From the NCBI GenBank assembly GCA_018819225.1, contig JAHJQN010000005.1, forward strand, positions 35,286-99,285: a stretch of DNA of 64,000 nt. Reading direction: 5' to 3'. Positions 27,022 to 37,495 of the stretch are shown piece by piece; the first letter of the stretch is position 1; each line of letters begins with the position of its first letter. Origin of the DNA: Candidatus Micrarchaeota archaeon (GTDB lineage: Archaea; Micrarchaeota; Micrarchaeia; Norongarragalinales; SBBD01). The translations under genes and the position numbers were made by a program. The notes below the pieces were generated by a model that saw only the letters and a list, made by a program, of their open reading frames with translations, made no database searches and had not been told where the DNA came from.

Positions 27022-27632
27022 TTGGCCTGCGCCCGCACCACGTAGCGCCCGCGGCGCTCAATTTCATCGAGGCGACCGAGCACCAGCCTGCACTTCTTTC
27101 GCGTCTTGCAATAACCCGTTCGAAGGGCCGCGAACTGAAGAGGGGTTGAAGACTTTTTGAAGAGCAGTAAATCCGTGGCTTGATCCTCCAAACTCGCGGA
27201 AAAACGGCCTAACCCGAAATCAATGAACGCCATTTCCGATGAATACAATACGATCACGTTCGAGGTCGTGAAATCACCGTGCACGATTCCGTGGTCATGC
27301 AATAAAGCCAACGATTGCCCTAGCTGTTCCAGCCGTTTTCGAGGAAGGGCGTGCGTTTTCAAATACGGGGCCAGCAAGGTTCCCCGGAGTTCTTCGAGAA
27401 CGAGTTCGTGTTTCCCGCGACGCGCGCCTAATATCAAGGGACAGCGCACCCCCGCTTGCTTCGCGGCGGACAGGAGACGGGCTTCGTTTCGCGTGCGCGA
27501 CGTCCGAATGGCTTGGTCGAGAGCCGGGACGCGGTAGTGTTTCCTCACACGGCGTTTGCAGAGCGCCTGCCGAGAGTGGAAACGAATCCGATACAATTCC
27601 GCTTCCGCGCCTTTAGCGACCCATTTCATCAA
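27018..27632 (-). CDS. bud32: Bud32/PRPK-type atypical Ser/Thr kinase (KEOPS subunit)
   Basis: KGAEAELY glycine-loop equivalent and HGDFTTSN catalytic motif. Confidence 0.8.
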   Translation of the reverse strand: MMKWVAKGAEAELYRIRFHSRQALCKRRVRKHYRVPALDQAIRTSRTRNEARLLSAAKQAGVRCPLILGARRGKHELVLEELRGTLLAPYLKTHALPRKRLEQLGQSLALLHDHGIVHGDFTTSNVIVLYSSEMAFIDFGLGRFSASLEDQATDLLLFKKSSTPLQFAALRTGYCKTRKKCRLVLGRLDEIERRGRYVVRAQAN

Positions 27633-27640
27633 ATCACGAA

Positions 27641-28078
27641 TTAAATGTCGAGAAGGATGCGAATGCGCCAGCGTCCGTTGGCTTGATGTTCGACGAGGGT
27701 TTGGTGGTGCGTCACCGCTTTCACGTGCATTTCTCCTTTTTCCGGCGAATACGGTTCGCCGCGGGCCTCGCCAACGAGACGAAAACCGTGTTCCGTTTTC
27801 TGGAATTGTCGGACGTGAAAGCTCTTGAAAAACAGTTCGGAGGAATCGCTCTCGGATAAGACATCCGACAGAACGAAATTAGTGAGTTCTTCCAGCGATT
27901 CGGCTTCCGCCCGCACCTCGAAACGATGGGATTCCTGCAAATCGTCGACGTGAGCGATCGTGGAAAACAAGGCGAGCGCGGCATGAGAAAGCGTTTCCTC
28001 GTACGTGGAACCGAACGCCTCGAACAGGACATCCGCCGTATGATCCAAAAAACGGTATTTATCTCCGAGGACCAGCAT
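27641..28078 (-). CDS. Archease
   Basis: YRFLDHTADV motif; start taken at the internal Met (MLVLGDKY), giving 146 aa; the upstream 140 codons of the ORF look non-coding. Confidence 0.8.
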   Translation of the reverse strand: MLVLGDKYRFLDHTADVLFEAFGSTYEETLSHAALALFSTIAHVDDLQESHRFEVRAEAESLEELTNFVLSDVLSESDSSELFFKSFHVRQFQKTEHGFRLVGEARGEPYSPEKGEMHVKAVTHHQTLVEHQANGRWRIRILLDI

Positions 28079-28132
28079 TTCCGAACACCATACCCATACG
28101 CTATAATAACTGCAAGGAACTAAAGCATTAAA

Positions 28133-28513
28133 ATGGTGTCTTCGAAAGGCGCTGCATACGAAAGGCAGCTCAAAAAAATGTTGGAAGGGAAAGGCTTTTT
28201 CGTGATTCGATCCGCAGGAAGCGGCGTGGACTCGACGTCGCCTGACTTGCTCGCGCTTTCTTCCGCGAAACGAATGGCGATCGAGTGCAAGGCCCGGAAT
28301 TCCGGGTACGTTTGGATTGAAGCCACTCGCATGCGGCGCATGAACGCCTTCGAGGAAAAAACCGCGATTCCGTACTATGTTGCGTGGAAGGTGGCGCGGG
28401 AGGAATGGCGGTTCTTTCCGCTGATCGCCCTCCGAGAAACGGCGAAAGCCTTCGTGATAGAGGAAAAGGACTTGCACAGCGGACTTTCTCTCGAGCAATT
28501 ACTGAACCGCTAA
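28133..28513 (+). CDS. hjc: Holliday junction resolvase Hjc
   Basis: GAAYERQLKKMLEGKGFFVIRSAGSG ... IECKAR, a restriction-endonuclease-fold motif typical of Hjc. Confidence 0.8.
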   Translation: MVSSKGAAYERQLKKMLEGKGFFVIRSAGSGVDSTSPDLLALSSAKRMAIECKARNSGYVWIEATRMRRMNAFEEKTAIPYYVAWKVAREEWRFFPLIALRETAKAFVIEEKDLHSGLSLEQLLNR

Positions 28514-29304
28514 TGGATGTAGCTTAACACGTCTTTCTTAGGGGTTTCCGGAATCGCGAAGCCTGCCTGTTCTTCTTTGCGGGCCTGCAATTCGATTTTC
28601 TTGAGAAAGTGCTCCGCTTTCTCGGCCTTTCCGCGAAGCGTCTTCGTATCGATGCGGTCGCCGAGCATCTTGGAGATCAAATCCAGGAGAACCGAAGCGC
28701 CGGTGGCGTCAATGGCTTGACCCGGAGTTTCCACCAACAAACACGTGCCCCTCATGTGATACAAGCGGGAAATCGCTGGAACGAGTCCGGCCATTCCCAC
28801 AATCGGGATCACGGCCTGATTCGGTTTCGCGCCGAGTTTATAAAAATATTCGAGATACGATTTGGAGGTCGCCGAACAGAATACGTCCGGCTTTTCTTTG
28901 GTTCGGTTGAGCGCATACCCCGCCATCGCCACGACTTCCGAGCCTCCCAGACGTTGGAAGAATTCGAGAATCTTTCCCGTGACTTCATACTGGCCTTCAA
29001 CGGTCAAGGGTTGGACGTCTCCCTTCAATATCACGACGTCCCGTTTCTTAAACTTCTTGTAATAAAAACGCATGGAAAACGGGCGCAGCGCCCCATTCTT
29101 CATTGCAATCACTTGATTCGGGAAATTCGGAGAGTACAGCGTAGCGAAATGTTCGGCCTGACTGGTTTTAATTAAATGATCGGCCGCCAGTTTGCTCACA
29201 AAACCGACGCCCGGTAGACCCATAATCAATATGGGATTTTTCGGTTTCACGGATTTCTTGACGCGGATCATGCTCTCGAGAAAACGCGGATTCATGGAGT
29301 TCAA
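28510..29304 (-). CDS. PAC2-family (proteasome assembly chaperone-like) protein
   Basis: ILIMGLPGVGFVSKLAADHLI N-terminal motif; operon position downstream of nop10. Confidence 0.65.
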   Translation of the reverse strand: MNSMNPRFLESMIRVKKSVKPKNPILIMGLPGVGFVSKLAADHLIKTSQAEHFATLYSPNFPNQVIAMKNGALRPFSMRFYYKKFKKRDVVILKGDVQPLTVEGQYEVTGKILEFFQRLGGSEVVAMAGYALNRTKEKPDVFCSATSKSYLEYFYKLGAKPNQAVIPIVGMAGLVPAISRLYHMRGTCLLVETPGQAIDATGASVLLDLISKMLGDRIDTKTLRGKAEKAEHFLKKIELQARKEEQAGFAIPETPKKDVLSYIH

Positions 29305-29359
29305 CCCAATGTAAAGTTAAGACGCGTATAATAAAAACGTATGGTTATGCTTCGCGGCG

Positions 29360-29515
29360 TCACGCGCGGTATAACGCGTTTCGGCGATAGGAACGGAACG
29401 GGTCTTCCTTCGAGTATTTGGCGGGGTGCGCGGAACGTGTCTTCTTCCCGCACGAAGGACACGCTTTTTTTAACGTGTACGTCGCGCACGCGGAACAGCA
29501 ATGCAAGACGTTCAT
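29360..29515 (-). CDS. nop10: H/ACA ribonucleoprotein subunit Nop10 (absent from the supplied ORF track)
   Basis: 51-aa ORF MNVLHCCSACATYTLKKACPSCGKKTRSAHPAKYSKEDPFRSYRRNALYRA; zinc ribbon plus the conserved Nop10 C-terminal motif. Confidence 0.75.
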   Translation of the reverse strand: MNVLHCCSACATYTLKKACPSCGKKTRSAHPAKYSKEDPFRSYRRNALYRA

Positions 29516-29516
29516 G

Positions 29517-30269
29517 CTAAACCTTCACTTTTTGCATCGAATACTGAATGCGCGATTCTTTTTCCAGCAAGTGCTCGATGCGCAACAACGATTTTTCCGC
29601 GCGCTTGTAATCCGTGTCGGGAATGTCAATAAAGTATTTGGGGGCGCCCAAGTACTTCAAGGAAATGCGGGGAGTGGATTTGGAAATACGCAGAAGAATT
29701 TTTTTCACGTGTTCCACGCCTTCGCTGTCGAACGATTGCAACGTCAGATTCGCGCGCACGTGAATTTCTTTCTCTTTGATCTCGACCTCCGCGATCTCCG
29801 CGAGCGCTTGCTTCCAAGGCGCCGGAATGGCGGTATCGCACGTCCCCGCTTTCAATGCCTCGAATGCGAGAAAGAGATCCCCGTATTCCTTGATGAGCAG
29901 GTCCCCGGCTTCGGTATACGCTTCTTTCAACGTTTTCTTGAGCTTGAGGGCGCCGCGCTCCAACAGTTTTTCCGCGCGCTTGCCCAGTTGATACGCCTCC
30001 ATTTTGCGCTTGCGGTCGTTGTCGCTGACGCGCTTGAGACTCAAATCAATTTGTCGTTTCTCGTGGTCGACGCGAGAAATCATGACCACGACTTTTTGGC
30101 CTTCCTTGACGTGATCGCGAATGTTTTTGACCCAACCCGAGCTCACTTCCGAAATGTGTAGAAAGCCTTCCATAGCACTGTATTCGTCCAGGGAAAGAAA
30201 CGCGCCGTACGGCATGATCTTGATTACGGAAGCGATGACGAACTCGCCGACTTCGGGATATCCCGCCAT
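29517..30269 (-). CDS. eif2a: Translation initiation factor 2 alpha subunit
   Basis: N-terminal S1 domain (GEFVIASVIKIMPYGAFLSL) and a/eIF2-alpha helical and C-terminal domains. Confidence 0.9.
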   Translation of the reverse strand: MAGYPEVGEFVIASVIKIMPYGAFLSLDEYSAMEGFLHISEVSSGWVKNIRDHVKEGQKVVVMISRVDHEKRQIDLSLKRVSDNDRKRKMEAYQLGKRAEKLLERGALKLKKTLKEAYTEAGDLLIKEYGDLFLAFEALKAGTCDTAIPAPWKQALAEIAEVEIKEKEIHVRANLTLQSFDSEGVEHVKKILLRISKSTPRISLKYLGAPKYFIDIPDTDYKRAEKSLLRIEHLLEKESRIQYSMQKVKV

Positions 30270-30276
30270 GAATGTT

Positions 30277-30447
30277 TCAACTCAGTACTTCCACGATGCG
30301 GCAATTGATTTTCGCGCGCCCGCCACGAGGCTGAACGAGTACGGCATGGCATTTCTTGCATTCCACCGACTGCTTCGAATCTCCAAATACCGTACGGGAT
30401 TCTCCGCATTCGCAAACGACTTTTAAGAAACGACTCAAGATAAACAC
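30277..30447 (-). CDS. rps27e: 30S ribosomal protein S27e (eS27), probable GTG start
   Basis: Own translation: (M)FILSRFLKVVCECGESRTVFGDSKQSVECKKCHAVLVQPRGGRAKINCRIVEVLS; C4 zinc finger and PxGG(K/R)A motif; no ATG in frame; canonical slot between rpl44e and eif2a. Confidence 0.6.
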   Translation of the reverse strand: MFILSRFLKVVCECGESRTVFGDSKQSVECKKCHAVLVQPRGGRAKINCRIVEVLS

Positions 30448-30448
30448 C

Positions 30449-30745
30449 TCATTCGCGCGCCACTTCCGCTTTTTTCTTCATGCGACCGGAAACGACGGTC
30501 TCGTGCTTTTTCTTGCACCCACTGCATTGAAGCATGATCTTGTTTCGAATGCCTTGCTTGCGCACCTTAGCCTTGCCTTTGACTTTTCCGTGGTAACCCG
30601 CGAGTTTGCGCTCGTGTTTTCGCGTACCCCATGCGAGCGAGCGGCCCGCCTTGTATTTACTGGTGCTCACTTTCACTTTGTGCAGATTATGTTTCCGACA
30701 ATGGGGACAATACGTTCGAATTTCTTTTGGAACTTTCATAGACAA
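30449..30745 (-). CDS. rpl44e: 50S ribosomal protein L44e (eL42)
   Basis: YCPHCRKH ... CSGCKKKH zinc-binding pairs. Confidence 0.9.
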   Translation of the reverse strand: MSMKVPKEIRTYCPHCRKHNLHKVKVSTSKYKAGRSLAWGTRKHERKLAGYHGKVKGKAKVRKQGIRNKIMLQCSGCKKKHETVVSGRMKKKAEVARE

Positions 30746-30830
30746 CAGCCTCTAAGCGCGGAAAGCGCTATATAGAAAAAGAGACGAGAAAAGTGGGGCG
30801 GTCAAGGCTTTTAAGCCTACCGAATCCGAA

Positions 30831-31523
30831 TCAATAGACCTCGATTTCATTACCGGGTTTTTTTACGTTCGGTACCTGGTTTTCGGATTCCCCGCTGGCA
30901 ATCTCCTCCACGAGGTCGCGGATTTCTTTTTTCGAGGCCTGAGTGGCCATCTCGGCAATTTCCTTTTTGACGAAAATAGCGGCCATTTCCTTTTGAACGG
31001 ATACGATTTGCCCTTCCTTGAATGGGCCGTACATGGCTCCATCCGTTCCCACGAATTGCGCCAGCGGTTTGAGCATGCGCACGGCTTCCAATAACGGTTT
31101 TTCTGGCGGCTTCGCGTCCGGAAGGGTTTCGGGAGTGATCGTGCGTTCGATCACGGTTTTCGGTTGTTCTTCTTCGTTGATCAAAACGGCTTGTTCAAAA
31201 CCGCTCAACGATTTCAGGAGCTCCAAATAAAGACCTTTTTCTTCTTTCGCGAGTCCGTCCGAATCCACGGACTGGTTCTTGCGGTCTTTCAACGCCTTCA
31301 ATAAAATCTTCTGCTCGCGTTTCTCGCTAATCTCGGTCAAAATGGTTTTCGCGTTCTCGAACGCCTTCAACCGCTCGAGCGAATAGTCCCCTTGCAGCGC
31401 GCGCTTTTGCTCCAATAACCACAAATGGTGCGCTTCGTAGAAATCGTCCGATAACTTCGATAACGCGCTGAAATTGCGTTCCTGCAACTGCACCTTGCGC
31501 AATGCGTCAAAACTGAGTTCCAT
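30831..31523 (-). CDS. Hypothetical helical protein, possibly GINS-like
   Basis: N-terminal all-helical region with a ...LSDDFYEA... motif reminiscent of GINS A-domains; weak. Confidence 0.45.
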   Translation of the reverse strand: MELSFDALRKVQLQERNFSALSKLSDDFYEAHHLWLLEQKRALQGDYSLERLKAFENAKTILTEISEKREQKILLKALKDRKNQSVDSDGLAKEEKGLYLELLKSLSGFEQAVLINEEEQPKTVIERTITPETLPDAKPPEKPLLEAVRMLKPLAQFVGTDGAMYGPFKEGQIVSVQKEMAAIFVKKEIAEMATQASKKEIRDLVEEIASGESENQVPNVKKPGNEIEVY

Positions 31524-31528
31524 ACGAT

Positions 31529-32485
31529 TTAATCCTCTTTCACATCCTTGGAATTCATTCCCGCGCCTTGATCCATGACTTTCTTCTGCTCGGCGGCGTA
31601 GGCCTTCACTAGCTCCTGAATCACGTCATCGTATTTCGGAGGCGTGCCGCTGGGCGTCATTTTGGAGGACAGCAGGCTGGCCAGACGCGACAACTCCAAC
31701 GGAAAAATAATTTTGTTGCTTTTTCCTTCCGAAATCTTTTTCAGCGCATCCATGTAAAGTAACGACATCGTTTTATCGCTCATCTTGGCCGCCGCCTTAT
31801 CCAAAATGTCGAGGCTGACCTGACGGGCAGTGGCTTCGGTCTCCAACTTCACTTTATAATCCACGGCTGCGCGTGCCTTGTGTCTCGCTTCCAGAATCTC
31901 GGGAGGCAGTTCAATGGTCACCACTTCCGCCTTCAATACGAGGAACCCCCAGCTTTCCTCGACTTCCTTCAGTTTCGCGAAAAGGAACGTGTTGATATCC
32001 TCCGTTTTTTCAATCAATTCCTCTAAACTCATTTTTCCGACGATGTTTCGCACTTCTCCAACCAGCATGTTCGTGAGCGCGCGGTCCAGATTCTTGACTT
32101 CGATGACGACTTTCTTCGGATCCACCACCCGAACGTACGATATCACGTCCACTTTCACGTTCACGTTATCCTTGGTTTCCGTTCGCTGGGGGGCCGTATC
32201 CAAAACACGAACCCGCAAGTCCACGGGAGTAAAACTTTCGAATAGGGGAAACAACACGACCCATCCCGGTCCAGCCACATTGGAAAATTTACCGAATCGG
32301 AACACGACGCCGCGCTCGAATTCCTTGAATTCAATGATGCGCGGGGATAGCGTAAAAAGAATGAGCAATGCGAGCGCCAAAATAATGACGGTCAGCGTAT
32401 CAATCGAGCGGGCCACGAATACGCCATAGGCTATGAAACTCACGACGGCGACGGCCGCAACAAAGACGATCATGACTTTATCCAT
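31529..32485 (-). CDS. SPFH/band-7 (stomatin/prohibitin-like) membrane protein
   Basis: Two N-terminal TM segments followed by an SPFH domain and a coiled-coil tail. Confidence 0.85.
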   Translation of the reverse strand: MDKVMIVFVAAVAVVSFIAYGVFVARSIDTLTVIILALALLILFTLSPRIIEFKEFERGVVFRFGKFSNVAGPGWVVLFPLFESFTPVDLRVRVLDTAPQRTETKDNVNVKVDVISYVRVVDPKKVVIEVKNLDRALTNMLVGEVRNIVGKMSLEELIEKTEDINTFLFAKLKEVEESWGFLVLKAEVVTIELPPEILEARHKARAAVDYKVKLETEATARQVSLDILDKAAAKMSDKTMSLLYMDALKKISEGKSNKIIFPLELSRLASLLSSKMTPSGTPPKYDDVIQELVKAYAAEQKKVMDQGAGMNSKDVKED

Positions 32486-32512
32486 ACGACACCCGATTCC
32501 AGTAATCCGGAT

Positions 32513-33181
32513 CTAACGCGAAAACGTTTCTTTCCATACGATCTTGGAAATTTCGGCAATATAAAGCAATGCGTTTTGCACGATCGTATATTTTCCGCTT
32601 AAGTAACCGTCCCGGCGAGCGGTTTCCATCGACACGTCCACCTCCGCTTCCCCGTCTTTCATGGTAAGGGTTTGCTCCAAATCCAGGAATTCAAGCAACA
32701 GGGCTTGCAACTTTTCTTCCGGTTTCTGAAGTTGCGCCTCCACGTTATAATGGTATACTAATTTCTTGCCGGCCAGCTCGTGATTCAAATCCACTCGGAC
32801 GCGTCCCCCGGAAACGCTTTGAATGCGCCCTCGGTAATCATCCAAATTCACGACCATTCCCGCCACCGGATCCACTCCCCCCTCCTTGAATTTTTGAAGG
32901 GGTACGACGCGTACCAAGTCCGGCTTGCGCTCCCCAAACGCGTCCTGAACGGCAATATGCGCCGAGCCGGCTTTGCCGACGGATGCATTTAACAGAACGT
33001 CCTTGAATCCTTTCACCAAACGGGTATCCTTCAACATGACCAGCGTGGGCCGGTAACGCAGTTTCTCGTTGTAAATGCCTTCTTTCTTCGCTTCGGCTTC
33101 GTCCGTCGTTTCCGCCAACCGTCCGCCTTCCTCGCGAACGGAAAACGAGACTTTCAAAAAATCGGTTTCAGAAAACGCCAT
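32513..33181 (-). CDS. FKBP-type peptidyl-prolyl cis-trans isomerase (SlyD-like with insert-in-flap)
   Basis: FKBP signature segments; 222 aa. Confidence 0.8.
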   Translation of the reverse strand: MAFSETDFLKVSFSVREEGGRLAETTDEAEAKKEGIYNEKLRYRPTLVMLKDTRLVKGFKDVLLNASVGKAGSAHIAVQDAFGERKPDLVRVVPLQKFKEGGVDPVAGMVVNLDDYRGRIQSVSGGRVRVDLNHELAGKKLVYHYNVEAQLQKPEEKLQALLLEFLDLEQTLTMKDGEAEVDVSMETARRDGYLSGKYTIVQNALLYIAEISKIVWKETFSR

Positions 33182-33286
33182 TGAAATCGCCTCTTGCCCC
33201 CTTCACCCGTAACCAAAACGTTTTAAATAATATCTCGGAATAAGGGGTACGCTTTTTGTGCAACTGAATGAATTTAAAGCCTTTTA

Positions 33287-34702
33287 TTGAGGGAACGATT
33301 CGCCATGAAAAAGGAAAGTCTACTGAAATGGTTCACGATCGCCATGATCGTGGTGTTCGCTTTTGAAATTGTCCTGATCGGCATTCCCAGCGGCGGTTTC
33401 GATGCCACGCCAACGCCCTCGAATATTCCGACGGCTACCCTCGCGCCCGAATTCGTCGGTTCGGCGACCACCGAAGCCGTCATAACGGGATTCGGTACCG
33501 AGTTCTTGGCTCGCTGCAACACCACGGAACCCGTCGCCGTATTACTGAGGGACGTGGAAGGGATTACCAATGCCGTGCAAGATCCGAGTACGCAACTGAT
33601 AAGCATCACCATGGCCGCGGACGCCAACGTCAGCGAGAGCACGCAATCGATTCGGGAACTCCTTCAACCCTATTGCACACCGTTACTGTTGAGACAAGCA
33701 CTACTCGAATTTGAAGAGGACGTGGAATTCACGTCCGGTAACGACCCGAATGAAACCAAAACGATTTCCAAACGAAGTATTGAATGTTTTTCGAATCCGT
33801 TCGCCGGATGCTATGCCTTCGTTTTCCCGCACCGAACCACGGGACAAACCATTGACGTCAACATTTTCGGCCGTTTCCAAGGATCCACGCCCGTTCAAGT
33901 GTTTGCCGAAGAGCTACTGGGATCGACGATTCGCATTGAAACCGTTTTCGCCAACGGAACCATTTCCGCCATTGAAAACCGAGGACAAGTGAACGCCGAC
34001 CTGCCGTGGGAAAACCGGTGGATCAACATCACCATCTTCCAAGACGAGATGTTGGAACAAGGCGACTTTTCGGAAACCGTGAATTACGCGCCGAATTCCC
34101 TTGTACGCATTTCCGGTAACGTCAGCAACGACACGCTGGAGGCATTAAACAATTTGTCCATGATCGAAACCGCAAGCGTGCGACTCGATGATCCCGATCA
34201 CCCCGAAGTGGTGTTAATCGTCAACGATAATTATACGCGAAAGACTCGCTTGCTGGAGTTATTGAATGCGTTGGAGATCGACGAGGATCGCGTTTCGTTC
34301 GAGGTCACCAAGTTCTCCAGCATCGTCCGATATCAAGCCTACGAAGGATTAGCGGATTTCTTGTCGGATTGGATCGGAGACGAGTTCACGTTCCAACGAT
34401 TCGCATTAATGCGTTTAGATGACCCCGATGCCGTGGAAGTGAGCTTGCAAGCGATTTGGGAAGAGAAAAACGATCCGCAATTCGTGCTCGTGCCCGCAGA
34501 CACCGCGTCGGATGCGGCGTTAGAGGTTCGTATTGTCACGCAAATCGAATTCGACATCGTTTCCAATGCAGACGTGTATTTCGTGCGCGCGCGGAATCCC
34601 TTGGATGAAGAGGAAATACGCGTTGAAGACAAGGAGACCCCTGTCAACGATCCAGCCAATGGAACCGACGAAACGCCGGAACCTACGCCCCAAGAATCTT
34701 GA
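33287..34702 (+). CDS. Secreted hypothetical protein
   Basis: Signal peptide or anchor ([20 protein letters not shown]); sequons; acidic C-terminus; 471 aa. Confidence 0.6.
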   Translation: MRERFAMKKESLLKWFTIAMIVVFAFEIVLIGIPSGGFDATPTPSNIPTATLAPEFVGSATTEAVITGFGTEFLARCNTTEPVAVLLRDVEGITNAVQDPSTQLISITMAADANVSESTQSIRELLQPYCTPLLLRQALLEFEEDVEFTSGNDPNETKTISKRSIECFSNPFAGCYAFVFPHRTTGQTIDVNIFGRFQGSTPVQVFAEELLGSTIRIETVFANGTISAIENRGQVNADLPWENRWINITIFQDEMLEQGDFSETVNYAPNSLVRISGNVSNDTLEALNNLSMIETASVRLDDPDHPEVVLIVNDNYTRKTRLLELLNALEIDEDRVSFEVTKFSSIVRYQAYEGLADFLSDWIGDEFTFQRFALMRLDDPDAVEVSLQAIWEEKNDPQFVLVPADTASDAALEVRIVTQIEFDIVSNADVYFVRARNPLDEEEIRVEDKETPVNDPANGTDETPEPTPQES

Positions 34703-35096
34703 TGATGACGCGCTTTTTCCTTCGGCCGTCGAACTCCCCATAAAGCACGCGTTCCCAAGGCCCTAAATCCAACTGGCCCTTCGTGATCGGAAGGACGACT
34801 TGATGTCCCATCACCGTGCGTTTTAAATGCGCATCCGCGTTCGGATCCGACGTACGATTATGCATCCAATCCTCCGTTGAAGGCGCTAAACGCTCCAACC
34901 ATTTCTCGAAGTCGCGGTAAATGCCGTCCTCTTCGTCATTCACGAAAACGGATGCCGTAATGTGCATGGCGGATACGAGGCACAAGCCTTCGCGAACCCC
35001 GCTTTCATTAACGGCTTGCTGAACCTCGTCGGTTATCGGGACGAACTCCCGTTGTTTTTTCGTTTGAAACCACAAATATTTCGTGAACGATTTCAT
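34683..35096 (-). CDS. YjbQ/UPF0047 family protein
   Basis: Family-typical [20 protein letters not shown] and [10 protein letters not shown] motifs. Confidence 0.8.
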   Translation of the reverse strand: MKSFTKYLWFQTKKQREFVPITDEVQQAVNESGVREGLCLVSAMHITASVFVNDEEDGIYRDFEKWLERLAPSTEDWMHNRTSDPNADAHLKRTVMGHQVVLPITKGQLDLGPWERVLYGEFDGRRKKRVIIKILGA

Positions 35097-37117
35097 TTCT
35101 TGAATCGCTTCTTTTTATCGAGCCAACCCCCCTTCTTTTTTCGAACCGGCGACGTTAACGGCTCAACAAGAGGAGGCTGACCGGCATCAAACTGCTTTTT
35201 CCGCTTCCGGCGTTCCTCTTCCACCAAGGCCGCATACTTGTCACGAATGCGCTCGTAATTGCGTTCGCTCAACTTGCCATCCAATAACAAGGATTCGGCG
35301 CGTTCCAGGCGGCGCGCGAAATCATTCAATGGATCTGCGGCCTTTTTCTTCAAGCGACCTCGAATCACGAGCGTCATTAAGCCTAACAATGCGAGGAGTG
35401 CGATGATGCTGAACACGACGAGATCGCGTCCCGAACCCGGTGTCGGCGCCGTGGTCACCGACACTTCAAGCCCTTCATCCAAAGGCAGTTCAACGGATAT
35501 CGATGGCTCCGAGGATACCGGGGAAGTAAAGGCTTCCTTTGACTTGCTGTAAAGCGTTTCAATGCCCTCCGATAACTTGAACAGTTTCAACGCGCTGACT
35601 AACAGCACGAGATTGTCCGAGCGATTCGCTTCGTAAACGTAGTACCGTCCGTGATCGTAGTATAAAGAGCCCCACGCCGACGCATGAGATTGAGACGTCA
35701 AACACGAATAGGTGTCTCCGCATACCCCCTCCCAAAGCTCGGCATACGTGAGATCGCCCGCCTCCTGAAGTGCTTCCGTGTATCGAAGCACGAATTGTAA
35801 GTTGAACGCAGCCGTCAAATAGTCTCCATTCTGAAACGCGCGTCGCGAAGCCGTCAAATGATCCATTCCTTCATCATCCAGCTTGCCTTCAATGCGCAAC
35901 TCCTCCGCTTCATCCAAATAATCCACGGCGATCGGCCGAATGGACAACTCGTTCACTTCCGCATCAGCGGACACGGAGACCGCGACATCATTCAAATTTT
36001 TTGAGGCCGTCAACCAACTTTTGGCGAGCGCATATTCTTCCAGCAAATAGTCCGGGGATAAAACCACGAGGCGTTCCTCCAGCGTATCCAAGCGTTCGAG
36101 CGCCCAATAATAGCGCAGTTTCGCGGAAACCACCCATTCCCAATTGGATCCAGTCGGTTCAACAAAATCAAGGGCCTCCGCTTCGTCTTGCAACGACCGC
36201 ACTTTCGAACGGAAATTCTGTCGAGTCATATTCAACGTGCCCAGCTCATCCAACGTCACCATCGCCAAGAATGCCGAGTTCGCCGAAGAATAGAAATACC
36301 CTTTTTCCAACAGCATTTCGGATAGATTCAACGCCTTCCGCAAGTTCGTACGCACCAATGACGTGGCATCTTCGTCGGGAAGAGCGCGTAAGGCAGTCGT
36401 GGCTTCCGACAAGATGTTTTCGCTCACGGATTTGAAAGGAAGCGTTGAAAGCGCCGGCGTCACCTCCGGTACGACCAATGGAGGCAACACTTTTTCAACA
36501 ACAACGACGGGTTCTCCAGCCACGGTATTGAACGCATAATTAAACACTTCCTCAATATCTTGGACTTCGACGACCTGCATCCCCCACTGTTCTTCCCCGT
36601 ACACGTTCAAATCCACGCCGTTTTGCACGCGTTGGCCTTCCGGTACGAGAAACAAACGGTATTTATTGCTTTTTCCGACGGCAACCGCTTTTTCAAAAAT
36701 GCCGCCCACGGGGCCAATGCGGCCATCCCGTTCAATGGTCCCGGAGACCACCAAGTCTTTGCGGATGGTTTGATGGGAAAATTCGGAATACGCGAGAAGC
36801 GTTAAAGCCGCGCCGGCCGACGGCCCGTCCACGACTTCCGCATCCGAATTGATCTTGAACAACACGTCGTACTGCATGCGGTCGACGTCCGCCATCTCCG
36901 CCGCGATTTTAACGGCGAGCTTTTCGGATTCTTGCGTGTCCATGCCCGTCAGCGGAGTCACGGAAACAAACGTATCCCCATCTCCGTCAATAATTTGCAC
37001 TTCGATGCGCGTCAACACCCCGTTTCCTTGCGCGTCGATGGCTGGAACGTAAGTTGACAGCGCCTGCAGCGTTTGAACAAAAAGGAATAGTAACACTAGC
37101 CCCCTAATTTTTTTCAC
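35093..37117 (-). CDS. Extracytoplasmic Lon-like (S16) peptidase-domain protein, no AAA+ module, C-terminal TM anchor
   Basis: Signal peptide; DGPSAG catalytic Ser motif of the Lon proteolytic domain with a downstream conserved Lys; long helical region; TM; Lys/Arg-rich tail. Confidence 0.75.
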   Translation of the reverse strand: MKKIRGLVLLFLFVQTLQALSTYVPAIDAQGNGVLTRIEVQIIDGDGDTFVSVTPLTGMDTQESEKLAVKIAAEMADVDRMQYDVLFKINSDAEVVDGPSAGAALTLLAYSEFSHQTIRKDLVVSGTIERDGRIGPVGGIFEKAVAVGKSNKYRLFLVPEGQRVQNGVDLNVYGEEQWGMQVVEVQDIEEVFNYAFNTVAGEPVVVVEKVLPPLVVPEVTPALSTLPFKSVSENILSEATTALRALPDEDATSLVRTNLRKALNLSEMLLEKGYFYSSANSAFLAMVTLDELGTLNMTRQNFRSKVRSLQDEAEALDFVEPTGSNWEWVVSAKLRYYWALERLDTLEERLVVLSPDYLLEEYALAKSWLTASKNLNDVAVSVSADAEVNELSIRPIAVDYLDEAEELRIEGKLDDEGMDHLTASRRAFQNGDYLTAAFNLQFVLRYTEALQEAGDLTYAELWEGVCGDTYSCLTSQSHASAWGSLYYDHGRYYVYEANRSDNLVLLVSALKLFKLSEGIETLYSKSKEAFTSPVSSEPSISVELPLDEGLEVSVTTAPTPGSGRDLVVFSIIALLALLGLMTLVIRGRLKKKAADPLNDFARRLERAESLLLDGKLSERNYERIRDKYAALVEEERRKRKKQFDAGQPPLVEPLTSPVRKKKGGWLDKKKRFKK

Positions 37118-37133
37118 GAGCCATGACCCCTCC

Positions 37134-37427
37134 TTACTTGCCTAACGATTGCTTGAGCGCTTGAAATTCGGCATCCCGCATCGCGAACTCGAGGCTCTCG
37201 GCGTTCCCAAACAAGTCGTAGAACTTCATGCGCACGGACACCTTCCCCATGGCCGCCGTACCGAGTTTTTCCAACTCCACGACGTGCGTTCGCTGGATTT
37301 CCTTTTTTTCCGGGCCTTGCACCCGAAGCATGGAATCCGTTAACTCCAATGATCCGGACGTGCTGCCAAAATACGCGGCAAACGTTTCAGACATATTGCT
37401 CACAAACCCATTTAGATACACGGGCAT
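37134..37427 (-). CDS. Hypothetical protein
   Basis: 97-aa ORF, no motif. Confidence 0.4.
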   Translation of the reverse strand: MPVYLNGFVSNMSETFAAYFGSTSGSLELTDSMLRVQGPEKKEIQRTHVVELEKLGTAAMGKVSVRMKFYDLFGNAESLEFAMRDAEFQALKQSLGK

Positions 37428-37495
37428 TTTAAAACGATATCGTTTAACTCCGACTTTTCCAAAGCATTTATATGCCTCTCGCGTTTTAGATCGGT

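Noticed and set aside
27641-28498. Full 285-aa extent of the archease ORF
   Set aside because: Archease homology (YRFLDHTADV...) starts at the Met at 28078; the upstream 140 codons are Arg/Phe-rich with no similarity. This is likely non-coding upstream sequence in frame.
29418-30161. 247-aa plus-strand ORF
   Set aside because: Antisense to eif2a, which has clear S1 and eIF2-alpha motifs; no motifs of its own.
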